64,000 bases of DNA from an uncultured delta proteobacterium (GTDB lineage Bacteria; Desulfobacterota; Syntrophorhabdia; Syntrophorhabdales; WCHB1-27). The stretch covers positions 192,001 through 256,000 of the forward strand of contig CAWEPK010000007.1 of the NCBI GenBank assembly GCA_963810935.1, in the 5' to 3' direction. Numbering within the stretch: position 1 is the stretch's first letter; each line of letters opens with the position of its first letter. The notes under the pieces are model-generated. The model saw nothing but the letters and a program-made list of their open reading frames with translations, made no database searches and was not told the DNA's origin. Below are positions 31,903 through 41,251 of this stretch, piece after piece. Position numbers and translations under genes: made by a program.

Positions 31903-33042
31903 GTGGAGAAAGATCTTTATGAAAAGCTCGCGCGCCACCTGGACGGCCTGCCGGGGGGTTATCCTAAGACCGAAAGCGGGGTGGAGCTGCGGATCCTCCG
32001 GCGGCTGTTCACCCCGGAAGACACGGCGCTCGCGTTGCACCTGACGCTTATCCCCGAGGAGCCCCGCGTGATTGCGCGGCGGGCCGGGATCGCGGTCGGG
32101 GAGGCTGCCGGGCGGCTTGCGGACATGGACAAGAGGGGACTTGTCCTTGCCGTCCGGCGCGAGGGCGGGACCGTCCTTTACATGGCCCAGCAATTCGTCG
32201 TGGGCATCTGGGAGGCGCAGATAAACAGGCTGAGCAAGGAGCTTGTCGAGGACTACGAAGAATACGCGCCGTCCCTGCTCGACATCGACACGTGGAAGAA
32301 GGCCCCGCAGCTTCGCACGATCCCGGTGAACAAGAGCATCGACGCAAAGAGCGAGATCATGCCCTACGAGCAGGCCGAAGAGCTGGTGGCCGCCAAGGAA
32401 ACCTTCGCCGTCTCCAATTGCATCTGCAGGCAGGAGCGGCAGGTTATGGGCAAGGGGTGCGGGAAGCCCCTGGAAAGCTGCCTCCAGATGGGCATGGCGG
32501 CGGAAAGCGTGGTGCGCACCGGCCGGGGCAGGGCCATCAGCCGCGAGGAAGCCCTCGAAATCCTCCACCGGGCGGAAAAGGCAGGTCTGGTCCTTCAGCC
32601 GTCGAATGCCAAAGACGTGCTGTTCATCTGCACGTGCTGCGGCTGCTGCTGCGGTGTGCTCAAGAGCCTCAGGCACCACCCGAAGCCCGCAAGCGTCGTT
32701 TCGAGCCCGTTCTTTGCGAAGCTCGATGCAAAGACGTGCAAGGGCTGCGGCGCATGTGTCAAACGCTGCCAGATGAGGGCCTTTTCCGTCAAAGACGATA
32801 AGGCGGCGCTCGATGCGGACCGCTGCATAGGATGCGGGCTCTGCGTTACCACGTGTCCCACCGGCTCCCTCTCGCTCGTGCGGAAGACGGAGCAGCCGTA
32901 CCTGCCGGGAAATATAATCGGAACTTACATAAGGCTGGGCAGGGCGAGGGGCAAATTGAGCATCAGGAGGCTGATCGGCATGCAGATAAAATCGAAGTTA
33001 GACCGTCTGCTTGCACACAAACGGATCAATCGTGCGGGGTGA
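31903..33042 (+). CDS. Multi-[4Fe-4S] protein (HTH-like N-terminus plus ferredoxin domain)
   Basis: CICR, ICTCCGCCC, CKGCGACVKRC, CIGCGLCVTTCP. Confidence 0.85.
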   Translation: MEKDLYEKLARHLDGLPGGYPKTESGVELRILRRLFTPEDTALALHLTLIPEEPRVIARRAGIAVGEAAGRLADMDKRGLVLAVRREGGTVLYMAQQFVVGIWEAQINRLSKELVEDYEEYAPSLLDIDTWKKAPQLRTIPVNKSIDAKSEIMPYEQAEELVAAKETFAVSNCICRQERQVMGKGCGKPLESCLQMGMAAESVVRTGRGRAISREEALEILHRAEKAGLVLQPSNAKDVLFICTCCGCCCGVLKSLRHHPKPASVVSSPFFAKLDAKTCKGCGACVKRCQMRAFSVKDDKAALDADRCIGCGLCVTTCPTGSLSLVRKTEQPYLPGNIIGTYIRLGRARGKLSIRRLIGMQIKSKLDRLLAHKRINRAG

Positions 33043-34054
33043 TGATGACTTTGAGGCAGTCCTTCCCTGCGCCCGCTGTCCTGAACCCCTTCGCGATGTC
33101 GGCAAGGCCGAACCTGTGCGTGATCATGTCCCGCACCTCGACGCTCCCCGCCGTGATTAAGTCGAGCGCCTGCCTGTTATCGAGCGGCGCGGCCCCGTAG
33201 CACGTCTTCATCCGCACGTCGTTGCGCCAGAACGGCGTCAGGTCCACGCTCAACATCTCGCCGGGGTTCGGCACCGCAAAGAAGAGCACAGTCCCGCCAC
33301 GGTCAACCGCCAGAAGCGCCTGCTGCGCAGCCGACAGCACGCCTGCGCAGACGATCACCTTGTCCGCGAGCCGCCCGCCCGTGACCTCGCGGATTGCGGC
33401 GGGCAGGTCCGCGTCCGCCCGTATCGCAACCTGCGCGCCGAAGCGTTTTGCCGCCTCCAGCCTGTATGCGTCTACGTCGGTCGCTATGATGCTGCCTGCG
33501 CCCAGGGCGCGCGCTACCTTTATCATGAGCAGGCCCGCAAGCCCGCAGCCGAGCACGGCGAGCGTATCGCCCGGCGAAATCTCTATCGCCCTCATGCCCC
33601 TGACTACCGTGCCCAGGGGCTCGATGAACGATCCCTGTTCGTAGGAGACGCTGTCCGGCAGCACGAGCGTGCCCGTCTCGATGCTCTTTCCCGTCACGCG
33701 CAGGTATTCCGCAAAGCCGCCGGGGTCGAAATTGTTCTTCGTCTGGAATACCGGGCAGGCCGTCTGGTGGCCGCGCACGCACCAATGGCAGGCGTCGCAC
33801 GGGACATGGTGCGTCGCGAAGACCCTGTCGCCCGGCTTGAATTCCGTGATCGCCTCGCCGACCTCGACCACCTCGCCGGCAAGCTCATGGCCTAGTACGA
33901 GGGGCGCCTTCTTTATGCGGTACCATTCGAGCACGTCGCTGCCGCAGATGCCGCTCGCCATGACTTTTATAAGGATGTCCCTCGCGCCGACCTTCGGCAC
34001 CGGCAGCTCTTCGAGCTCGACTTTGCTGTTGTTGTAGTACATCCCGACGCGCAT
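33026..34054 (-). CDS. Zn-dependent alcohol/polyol dehydrogenase
   Basis: GICGSD, GHE, CDACHWC, G-x-G-x-x-G. Confidence 0.92.
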   Translation of the reverse strand: MRVGMYYNNSKVELEELPVPKVGARDILIKVMASGICGSDVLEWYRIKKAPLVLGHELAGEVVEVGEAITEFKPGDRVFATHHVPCDACHWCVRGHQTACPVFQTKNNFDPGGFAEYLRVTGKSIETGTLVLPDSVSYEQGSFIEPLGTVVRGMRAIEISPGDTLAVLGCGLAGLLMIKVARALGAGSIIATDVDAYRLEAAKRFGAQVAIRADADLPAAIREVTGGRLADKVIVCAGVLSAAQQALLAVDRGGTVLFFAVPNPGEMLSVDLTPFWRNDVRMKTCYGAAPLDNRQALDLITAGSVEVRDMITHRFGLADIAKGFRTAGAGKDCLKVIITPHD

Positions 34055-34077
34055 GTGACGCCCTCTATCTTTCGGTG

Positions 34078-34980
34078 CTACCGTTTTTTCCGGCCCTTCG
34101 ATTGCGCGGCCTTCTCCGACAGGTAAAAGTCATACGCAGCCTTCGGTTTTTCATTCTCGTGGACGACCTTCCTCACCGCCTTTATCATCGCGACGGGCGC
34201 GTCCGACTGAAAAATATTGCGCCCCATGTCAACGCCCGATGCGCCCTGCTGGAGCGCGTTGTAGGCCATCGTCAGCGCGTCCAGCTCGGGCAGTTTCTTC
34301 CCGCCCGCGATGACTATCGGCACGGGGCACGAGGCAGCGACCGTGTCGAACCCTTCTTCCGTGTAGTACGTCTTGACGTAGGTGACGCCAAGCTCCGCGA
34401 TGATGCGGCAGGCGAGGCGCATATATTTCGCGTCGCGGGCCATGTTCGTGCCGACGGCGGTGACGCCCAGCGTGGGGATGCCGTAGCGGTTGCCCATGTC
34501 GACGAGGCGCGTCATGTTGTGTACCGACTGCGTCTCCATCTTGCCGCCGATAAAGACCTGCACGGCCATGGCCGCGACGTTCAGGCGGATCGCCTCGTCG
34601 ATGTCGATGGCGATCTGCTCGTTCGACAGGTCGCTTAAAATGCTCGGGCCGCCGCTCGCCCGCAGCACGATCCCCTTGCCGAACGTGGGCGGTATGACCG
34701 CGCGCAGGATGCCGCGCGTAAGCATCAGCGTGTCTGCGTAGGGCAGCAGCGGCAGGATGGTGACGTCGACGCGCTCAAGGCCCGTTGTCGGCCCCTGGAA
34801 ATATCCGTGGTCGATAGCGAGCATGACGGTCCTACCGGAGACAGGGTCGAATATCCGCGACAGGCGGTTCTTCATCCCCCAGTCGGTGGAGTTGCAGCCT
34901 TTCAGAAAGAACGCCTCGCACGTGGCCGGGACGTCCGTATAAAACTCTTTTTCCTTTTGCGATTCATCGGCTTCGGGCAT
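34078..34980 (-). CDS. lsrF: LsrF-type thiolase / class I aldolase
   Basis: [51 protein letters not shown]. Confidence 0.92.
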   Translation of the reverse strand: MPEADESQKEKEFYTDVPATCEAFFLKGCNSTDWGMKNRLSRIFDPVSGRTVMLAIDHGYFQGPTTGLERVDVTILPLLPYADTLMLTRGILRAVIPPTFGKGIVLRASGGPSILSDLSNEQIAIDIDEAIRLNVAAMAVQVFIGGKMETQSVHNMTRLVDMGNRYGIPTLGVTAVGTNMARDAKYMRLACRIIAELGVTYVKTYYTEEGFDTVAASCPVPIVIAGGKKLPELDALTMAYNALQQGASGVDMGRNIFQSDAPVAMIKAVRKVVHENEKPKAAYDFYLSEKAAQSKGRKKR

Positions 34981-35071
34981 GGTCTGCTCCTGGAGTAAAT
35001 TTGACTCTCGCTTCAGGTATTATGCCACAGTCGGGGTGCGAAATAAATGAACCGCTGCCTGCGGGCCGTCT

Positions 35072-35378
35072 TTACACCTCTTTCAGCACCATGATCGACG
35101 TGGACTCTCTGAGGTCTTTTACAGCCTTCGAGAAGGCCAACATGTGCGGCGTCGCCCCGTGGGCCTTCAGCGCGTCTATGTCCTCCCACTTCTCCAGTAT
35201 GACAACCCTGCTCGCGTCGCGCGCCTGGCCCGGCAGACCCGCGTCCATATCGACGGCGACGAAATACTCGACGCAGCCCTTCTCCTTCCTCACGCTCAAG
35301 CGCCGTCTCATTGAACAGTCGCAGAAAATCGTTCAGCTTCCCTTCCTTCGCCTTGATAGAAACGAGAAGATGGATCAT
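35072..35378 (-). CDS. ABM-family (LsrG/quinol monooxygenase-like) protein, frameshifted near 35300
   Basis: MIHLLVSIKAKEGK... joins VRKEKGCVEY...ILEKWEDIDALKAH in another frame. Confidence 0.75.
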
Positions 35379-35506
35379 TTTGGCCTCCCTGGTCATTGGT
35401 CTTGTGGTTTTTTTACATAGCGATAAATAGAAATTTAACAGAGCCGCCGAAGGCGGTCAAGGAAAGCCCGCTGGGTTTTGAGGGGTCGATTGTCTAAGGC
35501 TATACC

Positions 35507-35983
35507 TTACTCTCGACCCATGTTCCATAGGAAACGTGGATATCTGATGTAAGGAACGCCTAAGAGGGAACAGATGTCAGGTATTTTCTTTTTGATAGGC
35601 GCAGTAACTCCTGGCCTTGGTACCTCATTTGTTACGACCGTTGCGTCTAGTTGGATAGCGTGTGCTATCAAATACGGGTCCGCTTTTCTATCTAGTATTT
35701 CTATATCAACGTCGTCCATCTCACCATAAGCCGTGAGGACGCTGCTGATATGCGGTAAAGCTGATGTGATATTTTCTCTTCGAATTCCTGACAGACCAGT
35801 GAGAAGGCGGAATAGGCCATCGTCACCCCTCTCTATTTCCTCCATTACCTTGTCGCATATCAATATCTGGTGTTCGTTATCAGGGTCTCGAATCCAATCC
35901 CAAAAATCACCGTGATTGCCATCCGGTGGAAAATCATAACGGAAAGCGTGAATCAGAGCATCGGAGTCCATCAGGAATATCAC
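35507..35983 (-). CDS. DUF4411-like PIN-fold protein
   Basis: FLMDSDALI, FWDWI, ADPYLIA, VVTNE, KIPDIC; overlaps the upstream gene's stop. Confidence 0.8.
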   Translation of the reverse strand: MIFLMDSDALIHAFRYDFPPDGNHGDFWDWIRDPDNEHQILICDKVMEEIERGDDGLFRLLTGLSGIRRENITSALPHISSVLTAYGEMDDVDIEILDRKADPYLIAHAIQLDATVVTNEVPRPGVTAPIKKKIPDICSLLGVPYIRYPRFLWNMGRE

Positions 35984-37194
35984 GCCTTAGCACCAGTATA
36001 CAGCTTACTAAAATGATCGATTTTAACGTTCATGAGCTGCGAGGCATTGAGGAAAGATAATTTTCCTGCTTGAGCGGCTTCAATGATGGTCTTTATCAAC
36101 CTCTTGCCCAGTCTGTTCTGAACTCTCATTGCGTATCCTGGACCTCCCTCTGCTTCTTGCAAGCGTTCTTTATCTGCTTGCCACTGGACCTTGATCTGTT
36201 TATAGAAGGTCCAGTAAAACTTCTCATCTATCATACCCAAGTTCAGAAGCCTTCGAGCGACGACTATTCGGCTAACTCTAAACATGTGAGATATGTTTGC
36301 AATAGAGTCGTATAGATTGGGCTGTCGAAATTGCCATTCATTGCGCAACTCATCCTCTGGAACAAGAAATTCCGCCGCCACTTTATTGCAGAACGCCTCA
36401 TTGATCCGTTGGTTAGTCCTGCTGACAGCCAGAGCGTCCTCGTTAGATACCCCTGTTTCTCCGAGCCATAGATGAGATAATTCATGAATTAACGAGAAAA
36501 TCCTGGCCACCTTGGGGTCATTAGGATTAATGACAACCATTGGGGCAACGGGATCACTAATCGCTAAGCCACGGAATTGATCTGTCGATATTGCGCTATG
36601 GTGACTACCCAAATTACCTTCAAGAAGGACCAATATTCCGACTTCCTCGGCCCTATTGCGGATGAGCGAAAACAGGTTTTCCGAGGTCTTGGTCTTCCGT
36701 TGGTCCTGAATAGAGAATCTAATCACTTGCCTTATGCTCGCGACCACCTCTTTTATAGGCGTATCGAAGCGAACGGAGCCGATGAAAGAAAGAACCCCTT
36801 TTCTTTCCTCCTTGAGCAAGTCTTTCACTTGTCTCTGAAAACTCTCTGCATGGCGGATAAAGGCTGCAAATTCGGGAGAGTCAGTCCTGCCAACCAGAGC
36901 GTCCCCAATAGTGCGGAAATCAGCTATTTTGGTTTCAGAAAACGGAGGGTTTGCCAAAAAAAACGTCAGGACCGGCCGCCTATAAGCCTTTGCCATTTTC
37001 TCTAATTGTGCGAAGGTAGGCGATTCCGAGCCGCCCTCCCATCTCTCAAGCCGTTCGGGCGCATTCATGCCTTTGAACGCTCCCCTTGGCTTGAGATTTT
37101 GAAGTCCCGCCCTGCTGGCCGCCTCTTCAAGAGAAAGCCGCGCTTCTTCTCTCGCCCATTTTAAAATTCTGCTATTTATGGGTGCTCTTTCCAT
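35980..37194 (-). CDS. XRE-HTH plus ImmA/IrrE zinc metallopeptidase
   Basis: LKWARE HTH; DFRT; FRGLA; FSLIHELSH (HExxH); EAFCNKVAAEFLVP. Confidence 0.9.
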   Translation of the reverse strand: MERAPINSRILKWAREEARLSLEEAASRAGLQNLKPRGAFKGMNAPERLERWEGGSESPTFAQLEKMAKAYRRPVLTFFLANPPFSETKIADFRTIGDALVGRTDSPEFAAFIRHAESFQRQVKDLLKEERKGVLSFIGSVRFDTPIKEVVASIRQVIRFSIQDQRKTKTSENLFSLIRNRAEEVGILVLLEGNLGSHHSAISTDQFRGLAISDPVAPMVVINPNDPKVARIFSLIHELSHLWLGETGVSNEDALAVSRTNQRINEAFCNKVAAEFLVPEDELRNEWQFRQPNLYDSIANISHMFRVSRIVVARRLLNLGMIDEKFYWTFYKQIKVQWQADKERLQEAEGGPGYAMRVQNRLGKRLIKTIIEAAQAGKLSFLNASQLMNVKIDHFSKLYTGAKA

Positions 37195-37328
37195 AAGGCC
37201 CGCCCTTTGCGCATTTTATCGTGCCCGAATGCGTGTGTCAATAACTCATAGTGTAACTACTTTGATTGAAGGGAACAAGCAGTGCTATTTTGCTGATTAT
37301 TCTTATAAGACCGGGCCGGCCGCCCTCC

Positions 37329-37514
37329 TTATGTATGGATAGTCACTCCGCACCCGGGGACGAAGGCGGAATCGCCGGCATTTGCACTGGCGTCCTCGCC
37401 GTCTGCCTCGCGCAACGGCGCGGTCCTCTCAGCCATGACGTTTATCACGCCGTCCTTGCACTCAAGCGAGCCGTTAATGATGAGAAGCGGTTCCAGGCGG
37501 ACTACCTGCCTGTA
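37329..37514 (-). pseudogene. Orphan duplicate of the dnaE2 3' end
   Basis: 37412-37514 matches 41284-41386 (12 mismatches in 103 bp by hand count); reads YRQVVRLEPLLIINGSLECKDGVINVMAER...*. Confidence 0.85.
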
Positions 37515-37523
37515 ACTTGCCCG

Positions 37524-37805
37524 CTAACCGAACCTCAAGCTTACGCCGCAGCCGCCTGTGGGGAAGCGCCATTCTATGTTGAGGTGCGGGCATGCCACCC
37601 TGCACGAGCCGCATTCCACGCAGCCTTCCCAGGCAACGCCGATGCGGCCGTTTTCGAGGCGGTAGACGTTTGCGGGACAGAAATAGAGGCACGGCTGTCC
37701 TGCGCAGCGCGTTTCACAGACCGCGCCGTCGATGATCCTGATATGGGCCTCGTCTGCTATGCGGAAGCGGTCGAGGAACAGCTCGTCTTCGATCTTTACG
37801 CTCAC
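37524..37805 (-). CDS. fixX: FixX ferredoxin-like protein
   Basis: CPANVY, EGCVECGSCRVAC, WRFPTGGCGV. Confidence 0.9.
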   Translation of the reverse strand: MSVKIEDELFLDRFRIADEAHIRIIDGAVCETRCAGQPCLYFCPANVYRLENGRIGVAWEGCVECGSCRVACPHLNIEWRFPTGGCGVSLRFG

Positions 37806-39104
37806 TTTACGCTCCTCCAGCCGTCCCACAGGATACGGAGCAGCCTGAGGGCGGGGGCCTGTTTGAAGATCCCCCGCCTGATGGCCTTCTGCTTCACTTT
37901 TTTGGGCGTCCCATCAACAGTCAGCATCTCCCTGGCCGCAAACGCGGCGGCCTGCGGCAGCCCGGAGAACAGCTCGTGACGGCGGAGGCGGAACGCGTTG
38001 AACCCCCGGTATTTTTTCATATCGGCGATCACGTAGGAGTCCCGCAGGCGGGACACGTAGCCTCCGAGGCCGCGCCTGCTGAAATCACCTTTTCCGAAAG
38101 CCTCGGCGATAGATTCCGCGGCCAGCCTGCCGGAGGCCATGGCCATGTTCGACCCTTCCCTGTGAAGGGCGTTGAAGAGCATCCCCGAATCGCCCGCGAT
38201 GAGATAACCGTCCCCTGCCAAATCGGGCATGGAGTCGTAGCCGCCCTCCGCTATCCAGTGGGCCATGTACTCCCTCGGCTTGCCGCCCGCGATGAGGGGC
38301 GCGACGCGCGGGTGCGCCTTGAATTCATCGAGCATCTCGTACGGTCTCACCCGGTGCGCCTGAAGGTCGGAAAGGTTGGCGCCGACGGCGACGGAGAGGG
38401 AGGTCCGGTTCGTGTAAATTATGGCTATCCCGTCCATGCCCTTCGTAATCGTGCCCAGCACCTCCGCGGTTACGCCCGAGCCCGTGCCGACGTGGAACCG
38501 CTCGTTGATCGTCTCTTCGGACAGCTCTATGACCTCCTTGACGGCCAGCGCCACCTGGTCGGGTTTCACTTCCGGCCTGAAACCCGTCTTTGCGGCAAGC
38601 GGCGAGTTGACGCCGTCCGCCAGGAGCACGACCTTCGCGCGGACGTCGCCGTCGGGACGGTCGGTCCGCACGCCCGCCACACGGCCGCCCGTCCCTAAGC
38701 AGGTCGGTGACCACGGTGGCCGGCACGACGAGCGCGCCCCTGGATGCCGCCTGCTCCGCGAGCCATCGGTCGAATTTGGCCCTGCCTACGGTGAAGCTGT
38801 TCAGCCTGCGGTCCTCCTCGAAGGCCCGGTCGAGGAAAGAGACGGTGTAGCCGCCGCTGTCGGAGAGGTACCACATCTGGGTTTCGACGATGTTCCGCTC
38901 GACGGGGCAATTCTTGGCCGCGAAATCGGGGACGACTGCGGCCAGGTCATGCCCGTACATGACGCCGCCCGACATATTCTTGGCGCCGGGGTATTCTCCC
39001 CGCTCGAAGACTATGGTCTTTACGCCTTTTTCCGCAAGGATGCACGCGGCCGAGCTGCCGGCCGGACCCGCTCCGACTATGGCGACGTCGAATTCTTCTC
39101 CCAT
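37802..39104 (-). CDS. fixC: FixC FAD oxidoreductase, frameshifted near 38690
   Basis: IVGAGPAG, ERGEYPGAKNMSGG; second frame ADGVNS, EGSNMAMASG. Confidence 0.88.
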
Positions 39105-39111
39105 GTCCGCC

Positions 39112-40369
39112 TTAAGCCTCTCTCGTCTTCCCTTTTATCCTGCGCTCTAATTCGTCTGTGAAAAGGGGCAGTACTTTTCCTGTAATCGCCTACGATGCTT
39201 ACATCCGCCACGCCGAATATGGGCGCGTGAGGGTCCGAGTTGATGGCCACGATCCGCTCCGAGCCCTGCATGCCGACGAGGTGCTGGACGGCCCCGGAGA
39301 CGCCCACGGCCACGTACAGCCTGGGCGCGACCGTCTTTCCGGTCTGGCCGACCTGCCGCTCGTAGGGCAGAAGGCCCGACTCGACGACCGGCCTGGAACA
39401 GGCGACTGCGCCGCCGAGGACGTCCGCGAGCCGCTCCAGCATAGGCATCGCTTCCGCGTCGCATGCCCCTTTTCCGGCTACGATAAGGGCTGGGAATCGG
39501 GTAATATCGACCTTGCCGTCCGCCGCGTCTTTGATGAACTCGACCATGGACGGCAGATCGCCCGGCGGCGGATCGAACGGGTGATGGTGTATGTCCCCTT
39601 TTCTTTCCGGGTCTTCTTTCGGCAGGCCGAAGACCTTGGGCCTGACGGTGCTCATCTGCGGCCTGTGCCGCTCGCAGAATATAGTCGCCATGATGTTGCC
39701 GCCGAAGGTAGGCCGCGTCATCAGCAGGATGCGCTTTTCCTCATCGATGTCGAGGCCGGTGCAGTCCGCCGTCAGCCCGGTCTCCAGGATGGTGGCCACT
39801 ACGCCGGACAGGTCGCGGCCGGCAAGGGTCGCGCCGATCAGCAGTATCTCGGGCTTGACCGCAGCGCAAAGGTCGCTTAGCGCCTTGCCGTAAGGGCGGG
39901 ACAGGTAGGAGGCAAGCATCGGGTCGTCGATAACGTGCACGTCGTCGCAGCCGTAAGCTACGGCCTGCCTTGCCACGTCCTCCACCCCGCTGCCCAGAAC
40001 GAAGCCGATCACGGTCGTGCCGAGCTTTGCCGCCAGCTCCCTTGCCTTGCCCGCAAGCTCCCATGATACGGTCGCGCCCCGGCCGTCTGCTATCTCGACG
40101 AAGATGCCTACCCCGGCGTAACCGGGGACGCCCGCCTGCGCCTTCTTCGGCCCTGCGCCCTTGCGCCTTTTGCCTTCGAACTTGATCGAATCGACCGGGC
40201 AGACGTCGAAGCACTTCCCGCAGCCGATGCAGACCTCGGGGTCGATGCGTGCCGTGCCGTCCGCCATCTCGATGGCGCCTACCGGGCAGACGCCCGTGCA
40301 AACCTGGCAGCCGATGCATTTGTCGGTTATTATCTCGGCAAGCTCGAACCCCTTTTTATTTTTCGCCAT
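39112..40369 (-). CDS. fixB: ETF alpha subunit with N-terminal 2x[4Fe-4S] domain; probable frameshift near 39176
   Basis: [56 protein letters not shown]. Confidence 0.9.
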
Positions 40370-40379
40370 CTCTCTTTTT

Positions 40380-41216
40380 TCAGCTCTCCCAGCGCTTCAA
40401 AAGCCCCTCTGCATACGCCTCGTTTCCCATGAGGGCGTCCACGCAGGCCTCGACCGCAGCCATGGGGTCCTCCCGCCCGTCAAAGCTGGACCCGCCTTTC
40501 TTCGCAGGGGGCGAGAATATCTTTCTCACCCACGTAGGCGAGCCTTTCAGGCCCAACCGCCCGGCATCCGCCTGCAAGGACGCGGCGTCCCACACGTCCA
40601 CCTGCGCGCGCAGCGATGCGATCAGGCGGGGGAGGGAAGCCCTTTTTATTGCGACCATATCCAGCTCGACAGTGAGTACAGCGGGCAGGCTGCCGGCTAT
40701 CACTTCCGCGCCGCCCTCCGCTTTTCGTCTCACCGTCACGCCGCCCGCGGCTGTATCGACGTGGACGATCTCCGTTACGTAGGTGAGCTGCGTGAAGCCG
40801 AGGCGGGTAGCGACGCCCGGTCCCACCTGCGCCGTATCGCCGTCGATGGCCTGTTTCCCGCATATCACCAGGTCTACGGGGGCATCCTGCCGCAGCCTGT
40901 CGATTGCGCGCGCGAGGGTGTAGCTCGTCGCGAGGGTGTCGGCGCCGGCGAACGCCCGGTCGGAGAGCAGGACTGCCCTGTCCCCGCCGATAGAGAGCGT
41001 TTCCCGCAGGGCCTGTTCCGCCTGGGCCGGCCCCATAGTTATGACCGTGACCGTTCCGCCGCAGCTTTCCTTCAGGTTAACCGCCGCCTGCACGGCTACG
41101 AGGTCGTACGGGTTGGTGATCGACTCGATCCCTGCCCGGATGAGCGTGTTCGTCTCCGGATCGATCTTTACGTCCGCAGTGTCGGGCACCTGTTTGATGC
41201 AGCAAACGATGTTCAT
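40380..41216 (-). CDS. fixA: ETF beta subunit
   Basis: CIKQVPD, NPYD, DRAFAGADTLAT, GKQAIDGDTAQVGP, GLKGSPT. Confidence 0.93.
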   Translation of the reverse strand: MNIVCCIKQVPDTADVKIDPETNTLIRAGIESITNPYDLVAVQAAVNLKESCGGTVTVITMGPAQAEQALRETLSIGGDRAVLLSDRAFAGADTLATSYTLARAIDRLRQDAPVDLVICGKQAIDGDTAQVGPGVATRLGFTQLTYVTEIVHVDTAAGGVTVRRKAEGGAEVIAGSLPAVLTVELDMVAIKRASLPRLIASLRAQVDVWDAASLQADAGRLGLKGSPTWVRKIFSPPAKKGGSSFDGREDPMAAVEACVDALMGNEAYAEGLLKRWES

Positions 41217-41251
41217 ATTCTCCTTGGGCCGGGGCCAGATCGTGGTGTAGT

